Positions 18,263 to 27,889 of a stretch of 64,000 nt of DNA are shown here, one piece after another. This DNA is from Nitrosopumilus sp. (GTDB taxonomy: Archaea > Thermoproteota > Nitrososphaeria > Nitrososphaerales > Nitrosopumilaceae). Under the pieces are notes generated by a model. It worked only from the letters and a program-made list of their open reading frames with translations. It ran no database searches and was not told the DNA's origin. The position numbers were made by a program, and so were the translations under genes. The number at the start of each line of letters is the position of its first letter. Positions within the stretch are counted from its first letter, which is position 1. The stretch spans positions 1,696,001 to 1,760,000 of the forward strand of contig OZ244651.1 in the NCBI GenBank assembly GCA_965218695.1, read 5' to 3'.

Positions 18263-21200
18263 ATGATAATTCTCCACGCCGGCGCCCACGAGAGAAGCAT
18301 AGTTCTCTGGGGGGAGAAGGCGCACAACTACAGTACTGGTGCCGTACCGTGGTGGAAGGGCGTGAGGCTCTCCCGGGCAAGGAAACATCCGCTAGGTGCC
18401 GACTCTGAGGATCTGACCCGAACCTTGGGGGCTGTGTTGCCTTCGGATTCAAAGACGGCCGGGGAGTGCACGGTAGCCGTCTGGCTGCCCACCAAGGGTT
18501 CCTACCCTATCCCGTCAAGTGACATAATCGCAGATCCTCCCCCATCCCAGGCAGGTACAAAGATGGCGGCGTGGAAAGTCGCCGCACGCAGGCTATCTCC
18601 AGTAGAGGCAGTGGGTCTGTTGAGCGCGTCTGCCGGCAGGCGGACTGTCGCTCCCGGCGTGCTAGTCGGTCCCGACATGGCGTACTGGACAGACGCGCTG
18701 CGCTTTGCAGGCTTTTTGGTCGCGCGGCAGCAGTTCCTTCCCGGCCTAGATGGTGACAGACGGCGGTACGTGGCAAAGTGGAATCCGGTCTTTGTGGGCA
18801 GGGATGCCGAGAGGTTTGACGTGTTGGCCCGGCGCATGCCGGCTGCGGCAAGGGCGCTTTCAGAGCCGGGTGCACGAAAGGCCCCCGAGATGCCTGCAGC
18901 CGTGGTGCTCAAAGGGATAGTTGCCTCGCTGACTGATCACATGGTACGCGGGGCCGCCGCACCGTACGTGTCATCCGGGCGACACCGTGCCAAGTTCGAC
19001 AGCATGCACGATTCTTGGCTTTACTCCCTAAAGTCTGAAGACGGGATAACCCACGGAGATTCTTCCGGCTTGGCCGAGCTTGCCGCCCGGATACACGAAT
19101 GGCAACGATCTATGACAGTCTCAACTGCATCTCCCTTTCGGCTCTGCTTCCGCCTAGAGGAGCCTGCCGGCGGCGCAGATGCCGGCGGCGCATGGTTTGT
19201 CCGCTACCTGCTCCAAGCCAGGAACGATCCCAGCTTGATAGTGTCGGCATCCGAGGTATGGGACGGCAGGGCCGCCGTGCTGGACAGGGGCGGCCACAAC
19301 GCCAAGGAGTTTTTGCTCCTCTCACTCGGACAGGCCTCGGGCATATGCAGGGGCATTGCCGCAGGCCTGAAGGACACCCGACTGGAAGGTCACGCAGTCG
19401 ACACCACAGAAGCATACGAGTTCCTTGCAGCCGAGGCTACAGCACTCGAGCAGGCAGGATATGGGATCATGCTCCCGTCTTGGTGGACTAGCAAGAGCGC
19501 AAGGGCCAAGCTTGCCGCGCGGGTCAGCGTACAGTTACCCAAGATGAAAGGGTACGGGGGACTGTCGCTTGATGCGATAATGAGATTCAAATGGGAGATT
19601 GCGCTGGGCGGACAGAAGATCACGCTTGAAGATCTCGAGGAGATCGCCGAGATGAAGTCGTTGTTGGTCAGGGTTCGCGGACAGTGGATGGAGGTCAGCG
19701 CTTCTGACATCCAGTCTGCCATCAAGTTTCTCAAGAAGGGCAAGGGCAGGGCGCAATTCAAGGACGTGATCCGGATGGCGCTGGGAGCAGAAGAGACGCC
19801 CGGGGGGCTTGAGATCGACGGCGTCAAGTCCACCGGCAGGCTTGCCGAAGTGCTCGGGCAGATTGACGGGACGGTGGGAATACGGGATCTTGACCATCCC
19901 GAAGGGTTCTCAGGCACGCTCCGGCCGTACCAGGTCCGTGGCTACTCTTGGCTTTCGTTTCTCCGCCAGTGGGGTCTTGGAGGATGTCTGGCAGACGACA
20001 TGGGTCTTGGCAAGACCGTCCAGACGCTGGCACTCGTACAACGTGACTGGCAGGCAGGCAACCGGCCCGTCCTGCTGGTCTGCCCCACGTCTGTGGTGGA
20101 CAACTGGTACCGGGAGGCTGCACGATTCACACCCGGACTGCCGGTGATGATCCACCACGGCACGGGCAGGATGCGCGGGGCGGCGTTTAGAAAGGCGGCA
20201 GAAAAGCAGGCCATCGTCATCTCCAGCTACGGGCTGATACAGCGGGATGCTGACATGTTCGGCAAGGTCGGCTGGGACGGGGTGGTGTTGGACGAGGCGC
20301 AGAACATCAAGAACCCGGAGACCAAACAGGCACGGGCCGTCAGGTCGCTGGGGGCCCAATACCGCCTTGCCCTGACAGGAACGCCGGTGGAGAACAACGT
20401 AGGCGACCTGTGGTCGATCATGGAGTTTCTGAATCCTGGGTTTTTGGGTACGCGGGAGGAGTTTCGGCGCAAGTTCTTCGTGCCGATCCAGGCAAAGCAG
20501 GACGCAGAGGCAGCAGAGCATCTCAAGCGTGCCACCGGACCGTTCATACTCCGGAGGCTAAAGACTGACAAGTCCATAATATCCGACCTGCCCGAAAAGA
20601 TGGAGGCAAAAGTGTTCTGCCCGCTGACAGAGGAGCAGGCATCCCTGTACGCCTCCGTTCTGGACGAGTGCATGAGGGATCTGAAGGCGTCTGAGGGCAT
20701 CCAGAGGAAGGGCATAATACTCTCCACCATATCCAAGCTCAAGCAGGTCTGCAACCACCCGGCACAGTTCCTCTCCGACGGCTCCGGCATAGCCGGCCGA
20801 TCCGGCAAGCTAGCCAGGCTGACAGAGATGCTATCGGAGGTGGTGGAATCCGGCGACCGGGCACTGGTATTCAGCCAGTTTGCCGAGATGGGCCACATGC
20901 TCAAACGCCACCTGCAAGAGACGTTCGGACTGGAGGTGCTGTTTATTCACGGCAGTGTCCCCCGGGGACAGCGCACCCGGATGGTCGAGCGTTTCCAGAA
21001 CGACCCGGACGGACCGCAGATATTCATCCTCTCATTAAAGGCAGGCGGCACCGGGCTGAACCTCACGGCTGCAAACCACGTCTTCCACTTTGACCGCTGG
21101 TGGAACCCGGCCGTGGAGGACCAGGCCACAGACAGGATCTTCCGCATCGGACAGAAGCGCAACGTCCAAGTCCACAAGTTTATCTGTGCGGGAACACTCG

Positions 21201-21337
21201 AGGAGAAGATAGACGGCATGATCGAGCGCAAAGTAAGGGTGGCCCGCATGGTGGTCGGGACAGGCGAGAAGTGGCTGACGGAGCTGTCCGACGACGACTT
21301 GAGGGACATGCTGTCGCTTGGCGGGGAGGGACGGTAG
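18263..21337 (+). CDS. SNF2-family helicase/ATPase (HepA/HelZ/YwqA-like)
   Basis: LADDMGLGKT, LDEAQNIKN, LTGTPVEN, LVFSQF, SLKAGGTGLNL, WWNPAVEDQATDR. Confidence 0.95.
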   Translation: MIILHAGAHERSIVLWGEKAHNYSTGAVPWWKGVRLSRARKHPLGADSEDLTRTLGAVLPSDSKTAGECTVAVWLPTKGSYPIPSSDIIADPPPSQAGTKMAAWKVAARRLSPVEAVGLLSASAGRRTVAPGVLVGPDMAYWTDALRFAGFLVARQQFLPGLDGDRRRYVAKWNPVFVGRDAERFDVLARRMPAAARALSEPGARKAPEMPAAVVLKGIVASLTDHMVRGAAAPYVSSGRHRAKFDSMHDSWLYSLKSEDGITHGDSSGLAELAARIHEWQRSMTVSTASPFRLCFRLEEPAGGADAGGAWFVRYLLQARNDPSLIVSASEVWDGRAAVLDRGGHNAKEFLLLSLGQASGICRGIAAGLKDTRLEGHAVDTTEAYEFLAAEATALEQAGYGIMLPSWWTSKSARAKLAARVSVQLPKMKGYGGLSLDAIMRFKWEIALGGQKITLEDLEEIAEMKSLLVRVRGQWMEVSASDIQSAIKFLKKGKGRAQFKDVIRMALGAEETPGGLEIDGVKSTGRLAEVLGQIDGTVGIRDLDHPEGFSGTLRPYQVRGYSWLSFLRQWGLGGCLADDMGLGKTVQTLALVQRDWQAGNRPVLLVCPTSVVDNWYREAARFTPGLPVMIHHGTGRMRGAAFRKAAEKQAIVISSYGLIQRDADMFGKVGWDGVVLDEAQNIKNPETKQARAVRSLGAQYRLALTGTPVENNVGDLWSIMEFLNPGFLGTREEFRRKFFVPIQAKQDAEAAEHLKRATGPFILRRLKTDKSIISDLPEKMEAKVFCPLTEEQASLYASVLDECMRDLKASEGIQRKGIILSTISKLKQVCNHPAQFLSDGSGIAGRSGKLARLTEMLSEVVESGDRALVFSQFAEMGHMLKRHLQETFGLEVLFIHGSVPRGQRTRMVERFQNDPDGPQIFILSLKAGGTGLNLTAANHVFHFDRWWNPAVEDQATDRIFRIGQKRNVQVHKFICAGTLEEKIDGMIERKVRVARMVVGTGEKWLTELSDDDLRDMLSLGGEGR

Positions 21338-22314
21338 TGTCGTTTTGGTACTACAGATTCACAGGACCCAAGGAGGTCAGGGGCGGCATCAAGGCGCAGA
21401 CCAAGCGCGGCGCGTTTGGCCAGAGCTGGTGGGCCAGGAGGTGGATCAACATACTTGACGACTTTAACATAGATGAGCGGCTTGCGCGCGGCAGGTCATA
21501 TGCCCGCCGGGGTCAGGTGGTGTCTGTAAGTGTGAAAAAGGGCATTGTGACCGGACGCGTGCAGGGCTCTGATCGCACGCCCTACAAGGTGGAAATCAAG
21601 GTCAAGACTCTGCCCAAGCGGGCCTGGAGTATGGCGGTGCCGAAGCTTTTTGCGCGGCCAGACATTGCCGCAAGCCTGCTGGCTGGCCGGATGCCCGATG
21701 ATATAGAGGAGATCTTTGCCAAAATCGGATACTCGCTGTTGCCATCCCGTGGCAAGGAACTCAAGACAGGCTGCGACTGTTTTGACTGGTCAAACCCGTG
21801 CAAGCACGTGGCGGCCGTATACTACATCCTGGCAGAGGAGTTTGACCGTGATCCGTTTCTCATATTCAAGATGCGCGGGGCCGATGTGGAGGATCTTCTC
21901 AAGGCCGCCAATCTCAGGCCAGTGGAAGTGACTGCCCCTGTCGGTCCGCCGGCAGAACCTCTTTCGACGGATCCGGAAAAATTCTGGGGCCGGGAGGGAG
22001 TGGCAAGCAAACCGGAGATGCATGCACACGTGCCAAAGATGCAGGCAGCCCTGCCCAAGCAGCTGGGCAGCTTTCCGTTTTGGAGGGGAAAAGACGAGTT
22101 CATGCCTGCAATGGAGGAGATATACAAACACGCCTCGTCTGCGGGGATGGATTCATTTCTGGGCGGCGGGCGGCAGGAGTCGTCGGAAGCCTCGCGCGAT
22201 ACAGGCCACGTCCAAAGGCGGCACACGCGGGGCCGTCCTTCCCGCACAACATCGCCTCCATCAGACAAGGCAGGCACCCAAAAGGGGCGCACGCGCAGCA
22301 GGACGCCCATATAG
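21337..22314 (+). CDS. SWIM zinc-finger protein coupled to SNF2
   Basis: RLARGRSYAR.G.V, CDCFDWSNPCKH SWIM motif, EFDRDPF; GTG start overlaps SNF2 TAG by 1 nt. Confidence 0.92.
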   Translation: MSFWYYRFTGPKEVRGGIKAQTKRGAFGQSWWARRWINILDDFNIDERLARGRSYARRGQVVSVSVKKGIVTGRVQGSDRTPYKVEIKVKTLPKRAWSMAVPKLFARPDIAASLLAGRMPDDIEEIFAKIGYSLLPSRGKELKTGCDCFDWSNPCKHVAAVYYILAEEFDRDPFLIFKMRGADVEDLLKAANLRPVEVTAPVGPPAEPLSTDPEKFWGREGVASKPEMHAHVPKMQAALPKQLGSFPFWRGKDEFMPAMEEIYKHASSAGMDSFLGGGRQESSEASRDTGHVQRRHTRGRPSRTTSPPSDKAGTQKGRTRSRTPI

Positions 22315-22418
22315 ACACAGGCTCCTGCAGGCGTACCTTCGGCCCTTCATGCAACCTGTCGGGGTTCATGATCCGGCCTGACTGGAATTCCACCCCGCTC
22401 TAGCGGGTACGGCCAAAC

Positions 22419-22650
22419 CTAAAAACGCCACGCGCCGTTCCAACCATCATCCCTCAGGCGCGCGATCATTCTAACCGTCTCGGCATCTCCTTCCCTGAAA
22501 ACATCCTGCATTCTCTCCTTTGACACCCGGATGCTCATCTTGATCACCGCAGACAACGCGCTATTTCTTACCCACTGGGCGGTGTCAAACAAGTACGCCA
22601 TCCACTTTCTGGTGAACACATCAACCAGACGCGTTAGCCATGTGACTCTG
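22419..22650 (-). pseudogene. rve/IS3-type transposase remnant
   Basis: WLTRLVDVFTRKWMAYLFD resembles the integrase core beta-strands. Confidence 0.45.
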
Positions 22651-22905
22651 TGATCAGCTGGTCTTGCCGCCTCTTCCCGAGTCATTTTCGATGGAATCTG
22701 CCACGGACGGCATCCTGCCGGCACATCAAGGCATACTCTGAGCAACTGCGTCTTGCCCCAAAGACGACAGAATTGGCCCTGAAGTATGTAGACATGATCA
22801 CTGGCAGGGGGTTTGGCGTTGGAAGAAAGCCGAGCGGGTTGGCAGCGACCATACTCTATGCGGCATGCAGAGAATGGGAAAAATACATCACAAAAAACTC
22901 ACTTA

Positions 22906-23997
22906 TAGCAACGCGCAAAAGTCCGTGTGCGAATAATCGAAAAGTTTGTAGATCAGATCTTCTTTCAGCAAGGCATGGACGACACTAAACGGGAAGAGCT
23001 CGAAAAGTCGTGCAAAAAAGAAAAAGACCACAAGGTTCGAACCAGAATGGTCGCGGTACGTATGGTGCGCGTGCGCAACATGCCCGTGGAAGAGGCTGCT
23101 GACATCCTGGTACGGTGCCCCACATGGGTCCGCAAGTGGCTGCGCCGTTACGACGAAGGAGGCCTGCAAGGCCTCCGGGATCTTCCCAGATGCGGACGGC
23201 CCAGAAGGGTCCCGCGAGACGTCATGGACAGAATAATGGCAAGGGTGGCAGGTTCCAGAATCACTCCCGTAGGGATGCAGCAGCACATACGAGATGAAGC
23301 AGGCACAAACCTTCACATCACGTACATTCGCAAGATCATGCATCAGTACAACCTGTCTCCAAAGGTAGCGCAAAAGATCCACATCAATCGGGCAGGCAAG
23401 AAGGCAGTCTGGAACTGGAGATACTACCTCAAACGACGAATTTCGTGCCTAGAAAAGGAGGGATTTGCCGTGATCATGCAGGACGAGGCGTTTTTCATAC
23501 ACGACACCGTGTCTGGCCGAAAGTACTGGTCCCCCAAGGGCGGGCGGATAAACGTGCCATACACCGGAAGCCACAGGAAGGTCACCATATACGGGTCGCT
23601 TGCCCTAGACGGCAGGCAATTCTTTCGGACGTACGACCGGTTCAACGCTTCCACCTTTGTCGCCTACCTCAAGGAGCTGCAGCGGCATTTCGGAAAAGCG
23701 GTGATAATAACTGACCGGGCGCCGCAGCATCGCTCGAAGATGGTGAGGGAATTTCTTCGCACGAACAAAAGCATCAGGATCATGTATTTCCCCAAGGGCT
23801 CGCCGTACCTGAACGCCGTGGAAGAGTGCTGGCGTCAGGGAAAGCGCAAGTTGCTGGTTTCCGAATATTATCGGACATTTTCGGACATGTGCCGGGCCGT
23901 CTTTACCTATTATCGAACGGCACGGTTTCGTCTGGAATTGATCAGCTATATGAACAAAAAAACCGTGTTGCTCCACACGAACTTATGATCTTTGCTA
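22906..23997 (+). mobile_element. IS630-family insertion sequence
   Basis: TA duplication (22904-5 / 23998-9); imperfect TIRs TAGCAAcGcgCAaAAGTcCGTGTG / TAGCAAaGatCAtAAGTtCGTGTG. Confidence 0.92.
22927..23988 (+). CDS. IS630 transposase (single ORF)
   Basis: HTH with GRPR; QDEA, TDRAPQH, SPYLNAVEECW DDE motifs. Confidence 0.93.
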   Translation: MRIIEKFVDQIFFQQGMDDTKREELEKSCKKEKDHKVRTRMVAVRMVRVRNMPVEEAADILVRCPTWVRKWLRRYDEGGLQGLRDLPRCGRPRRVPRDVMDRIMARVAGSRITPVGMQQHIRDEAGTNLHITYIRKIMHQYNLSPKVAQKIHINRAGKKAVWNWRYYLKRRISCLEKEGFAVIMQDEAFFIHDTVSGRKYWSPKGGRINVPYTGSHRKVTIYGSLALDGRQFFRTYDRFNASTFVAYLKELQRHFGKAVIITDRAPQHRSKMVREFLRTNKSIRIMYFPKGSPYLNAVEECWRQGKRKLLVSEYYRTFSDMCRAVFTYYRTARFRLELISYMNKKTVLLHTNL

Positions 23998-24498
23998 TAG
24001 GGCAGTATCCGGACTGAGTCAACCAAGCTTTGACAACCTGTGCAAGAGTGCCACATATTTCATCGAGTGGGCCGGTTCCAGCTAAAACGGGAACGAACAA
24101 GATCCTCCCATGTGTTACGGGTATCCAAACCCGTTGATGTCGTGTGTTGGTAATGCGTCTGGTCCAGTCCGATTTGGGTTGGTTGGGCAATTTTTTAAAG
24201 ATTTGCGGATATGTTCGGTGTACATGGAATTGTCCGTGCCGGATCCGACAGGATCAAACGAGGGTTTTATGGTTCTGGACTGTGCCGGTGCAGAGGCCGA
24301 CAGGCATTTCTGCGGATCCGAAAGAATGGTGTACAGCTACCGCTATGGGTTTTCCCGTGTCCCGAGGCAGATGCGCCAGACGACTGCTGTCAATATTGTT
24401 TTCGGCAAGCCAGGGGGCATGGAGGAGGCGTTGAGCCGCCCCCCGCTGTGCAGGGGCGGCGAAACGCATCCCGGGGCGTCCAATCATCCCCATGATGC

Positions 24499-25570
24499 CT
24501 AGACTCGGGACTCGGCGATCCGCTTTACTCTCTGGAACTTCCGCCTGACAAGATCCTTGTCCTGTGTCCTGTATTCGGTGCTATGCTCAAGCATCTCCCA
24601 GACCCATTCGAGCATCTGCCTGGCTACGGCGACTCTTGCCTTCATGGGCCCTATGCGGGTTGCCAGTTTTTGGTAACGTGCCCCTATCCGGGCATCGTGT
24701 TGGACTGCAACGAACGCGGCCTCGACCATGGCACGGCGCAGCCAGACAGAACCGCGCTTTGTGATGTCGCCGGTCCTGAGTCTCCCCGCTGTTGTGGTGT
24801 TTTGGCACCAGGCCAGCGTACGAGGCCACCTTTTCGGCGTCGGCGAACCTTTTGTGGTCGACTATTTCGGCAAGTATGGTTACTGCCGTGATGTAGCCTA
24901 TTCCGGGTATGGTCATGATCAATTGTGCCCTCCTGTCGCTCATCGCAATCCCGGCTATCTTTTTCTCAAATCTTGCTACCTGCTTTAGTATGGTGTCGAT
25001 GGTGGTCAGGTGCGACTGTACCGCCATGCGGTCGACCTCTCTCAGGGGCACACTCTGCAGCCACTCGAGCCCCGGTCCTGTAAACAGTCCCCCCTTGGGC
25101 TGCTCGTGCGGGTATTTGGCTAGGATCGCGTGGATGCGGTTTTTGGGACTGGTGGCGTGCATCTTCATGCCCAGACGGGTGCGGGTCAGTTCGCGCAGGT
25201 CCCGCGCTGGCTTGTCTGCCACGAACGACTCGGGGATCATGTCCAACCTGCACAGGTCTGCCAGCTTTTCCGAGTCCGCCTTGTCGTTTTTGTACACGGT
25301 TTCGGTTATGATCTTCGTGTTGTGCGGGTGGGCCAACAGGGTGTTGATTCCTGCATCCTCGAGCATGTCGTGCACGACTATCCAGTAGTTGGCAGTGGAT
25401 TCGCAAACGGCCGTCGCCGGCACGTACCCGTCCCGGCGGATCATCTTGACGAATCCGGTTATTCCCCAGACGTTGTTGTCAAATTCGGTCTGCTTTAGTA
25501 TCTTGTTGGTTTTGCCCTTAATGGTTGAAACGCATTTCTTTTTGTGAACGTCTATTCCAATGTAATACGT
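24499..25570 (-). pseudogene. IS110-family recombinase, frameshifted and without ATG start
   Basis: YIGIDVHK, CESTANYW, KNDKADS, IPGIG, YAGLVP...SG; frameshift near 24775; SD GGAGGTGA followed by ACG instead of ATG. Confidence 0.9.
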
Positions 25571-25789
25571 GTTATCACCTCCTTTGCAGCATATCGGACC
25601 CGACCAGCGGAAAACTCCCATTCACCGTCAAAGCGGTATTTGACCATCCGCATACCTTGAGTCAGTCTTATGCACGCCCTCATATGTGGCAAGTTCGTGT
25701 CGACTCTCAGGTCCAACAGGGTAAATGCCACAGTCGCCGCTATAACGGCAACACATGGCGTCTTATGCTTTTAGCTATAGGCAGAGGTG

Positions 25790-26030
25790 TAGATATTGTC
25801 AACTGGATCATGATCCAAGCCGCAAACACCGCCATCAGGTACGATGACAGGATAGCCGGGTTCTGCGAGAGGGTCAAGGCACGGCGCAGGGGACGGCACC
25901 AGATAGCAATAACCCAATCGCAGACAAGATGCTGACGATCATCTAGCATATGCTGAGCACCATGATGCCGTATTCCACCATGAACAGGAGCAGGTACCAA
26001 AGAAAGATTAAAAGAATCGACGAGGCATAA
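25790..26030 (+). pseudogene. Second IS110 transposase C-terminal remnant
   Basis: VNWIMIQAANTAIRYDDRIAGF...HQIAIT / DKMLTII*HML...RYQRKIKRI with frameshift and stop. Confidence 0.7.
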
Positions 26031-26134
26031 AATGTGCAGATCGAGAGTCAGTTGGGATCAACACAATTTAGTGGGAACGGATGTTGACATATGTGGGTTA
26101 TCTGAAGAAGCCAGTTACTTTTTAACCTACAATA

Positions 26135-26323
26135 ATGGAAAAAATAATGAGCATGGTGTGGTACATGATAGCGATTCCGATTGTAGTAGTTGTAATAATA
26201 AAATTGGTCATTCCTTACATAAAAAAAAATCATATCAACGATACCGCAATTTGCGGGATTTGCAGCAGCACATACAACAAAAAATTAAATGGCTGTCCCA
26301 AGTGCGGTGTCGGCCAAAGATGA
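26135..26323 (+). CDS. Small membrane-anchored zinc-ribbon protein
   Basis: TM helix plus CGIC...CPKC; locally AT-rich. Confidence 0.6.
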   Translation: MEKIMSMVWYMIAIPIVVVVIIKLVIPYIKKNHINDTAICGICSSTYNKKLNGCPKCGVGQR

Positions 26324-26683
26324 TTTTCATTAGAACCGTACTTGTTGATCATAGTAATTTACCCGGATAGGCAGAAATTGAAAACCAGATACTTTGCCAT
26401 TGGTGCAGCAATACTGCTTCTTTTGGGCGTTGCCGTAATCATAAAGCATGGAGATGATGCCCTCTGAACCTGCAGAGGATTTGCCAATGGGCATGACTCC
26501 CATCACTCCCGAGGTAGGAAAAACAACAGCAAATCCTGTTGGAATGTATTTGACTGTTGCAGGCATTGTTGCCTTGATTGGAAGTGGGATTTACTCTCCA
26601 ATTGGAGTCCTAAGGAGAAAAATTGGAAGATGGGGTTGTTGCCTTGATGCTCTGTAAAACCATTGAAGAGGTAATTTGGAAAG

Positions 26684-27811
26684 ATGAATACTAGGCTTTT
26701 GGCAACAGTTGCGGCGTTCCTCTTGCTGATCCCCTGGGTCGGCATGCTGGACTTTGGCAGGGTCGGGGCAGACGGAGTCTACACAAGCGAAGTCGTGGCC
26801 ATGACTTTGGCTGTCTTCTTTTCCATGGTGTCGTGGGCGATGCTTTCGTGGGCATCAAAATGCATCAGGCCTGCAGGAGTTTTGCTGAGCATAATTACAG
26901 GTGCATCCTTGGTAATCCCGTTTATTGAAAAACTGGGACCCATGGCAGCAGTAATCGTCGGGATTGTGGCCGGGTTTTCAGCATTCATGCTCCAAAAAAA
27001 GATGATAAACCCGGCAGGGAACCGTCCCGTCGTAATTGCAGTCCTCACCCTTGCGGCAGCATACTTGGCCCTGATCCTCCTGGTCTTGGCAGCTCAGAGC
27101 TCGCACAGCGGCATCGACTCGTGGAGCGGCACCGCAGAAGGCATTGAGGAGTCCGGGTTTGACAACATCTTCAATAACGGTATTGGGTTTGCGTACTTTT
27201 TGGTCATAATTCCATCATTGGCGGCAACCGTGCTGGCGCTTCGAGTGGGGAAAATGAAGACCAGATACAAAATCATAATAATCGCAGTCTTGTCGTTTGC
27301 AGTTCTTGACCTGCCCTTCTTCACGTCCATAACCGTAATCAACGATGCTTTTGAGATCGCCCACCTCTTGCATTTTTGGAGCATACCCATTCACACCGAG
27401 GTCTCCGGGATAAAGCAAGCTTATGAGGCAGGGGAGCCAATTGAATTCAACGTGACCCATTACAACTTTGGATACTATCAAGAACATCCTCAATACGAAA
27501 TAGTTCAAGGAAATGGCAGCATTTCAGTAGTTGGTGGCGGAATGACAAACGGCTCCGTCGGTTACGGGCCATTTACAATCTTGACAATATGGCACGGGGA
27601 CTGGGAGATCAGCGAATACACAGAACACAATCTTGTGGACCGAGACGGGAACAGGATTGACTCCAAACCCCAAGATGACAACTGGCGCGTAATCTCAGAG
27701 GAAAGACCCATTGCGTTGAACGAGCCCGGAAATTACACACTGCGTATTCACACAGAGGCAAGGCACGGGGAGATTTCAGTCCCCTTTGAGGTCGTAGTAA
27801 ATGAAGGCTGA
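26684..27811 (+). CDS. Membrane protein with partial Amt-like TM segment and C-terminal beta-rich domain
   Basis: SWAMLSW...PAGVLLSIITG...GPMAAVIVGIVAG resembles Amt TM7-9; YEAGEPIEFNV...EPGNYTLRI is Ig-like. Confidence 0.6.
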   Translation: MNTRLLATVAAFLLLIPWVGMLDFGRVGADGVYTSEVVAMTLAVFFSMVSWAMLSWASKCIRPAGVLLSIITGASLVIPFIEKLGPMAAVIVGIVAGFSAFMLQKKMINPAGNRPVVIAVLTLAAAYLALILLVLAAQSSHSGIDSWSGTAEGIEESGFDNIFNNGIGFAYFLVIIPSLAATVLALRVGKMKTRYKIIIIAVLSFAVLDLPFFTSITVINDAFEIAHLLHFWSIPIHTEVSGIKQAYEAGEPIEFNVTHYNFGYYQEHPQYEIVQGNGSISVVGGGMTNGSVGYGPFTILTIWHGDWEISEYTEHNLVDRDGNRIDSKPQDDNWRVISEERPIALNEPGNYTLRIHTEARHGEISVPFEVVVNEG

Positions 27812-27889
27812 GCTTTGCATAGTTTTCGTCATGGTGCCGCCCCTCCCGCACTCTAAATGATTAATAAAAGACATATGGAACACAGAGTC

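Larger units (their letters stand above)
22650..24085 (+). pseudogene. Divergent TFB (TFIIB) C-terminal cyclin repeat split by IS630
   Basis: GRKPSGLAATILYAAC; removing IS630 restores ...ITKNSLRAVSGLSQPSFDNLCKSATYFIEWAGSS*. Confidence 0.7.

Noticed and set aside
25755-25780. CTTATGCTTTTAGCTATAG resembling the IS630 right end
   Set aside because: Solo degenerate end with no partner; at most a relic.
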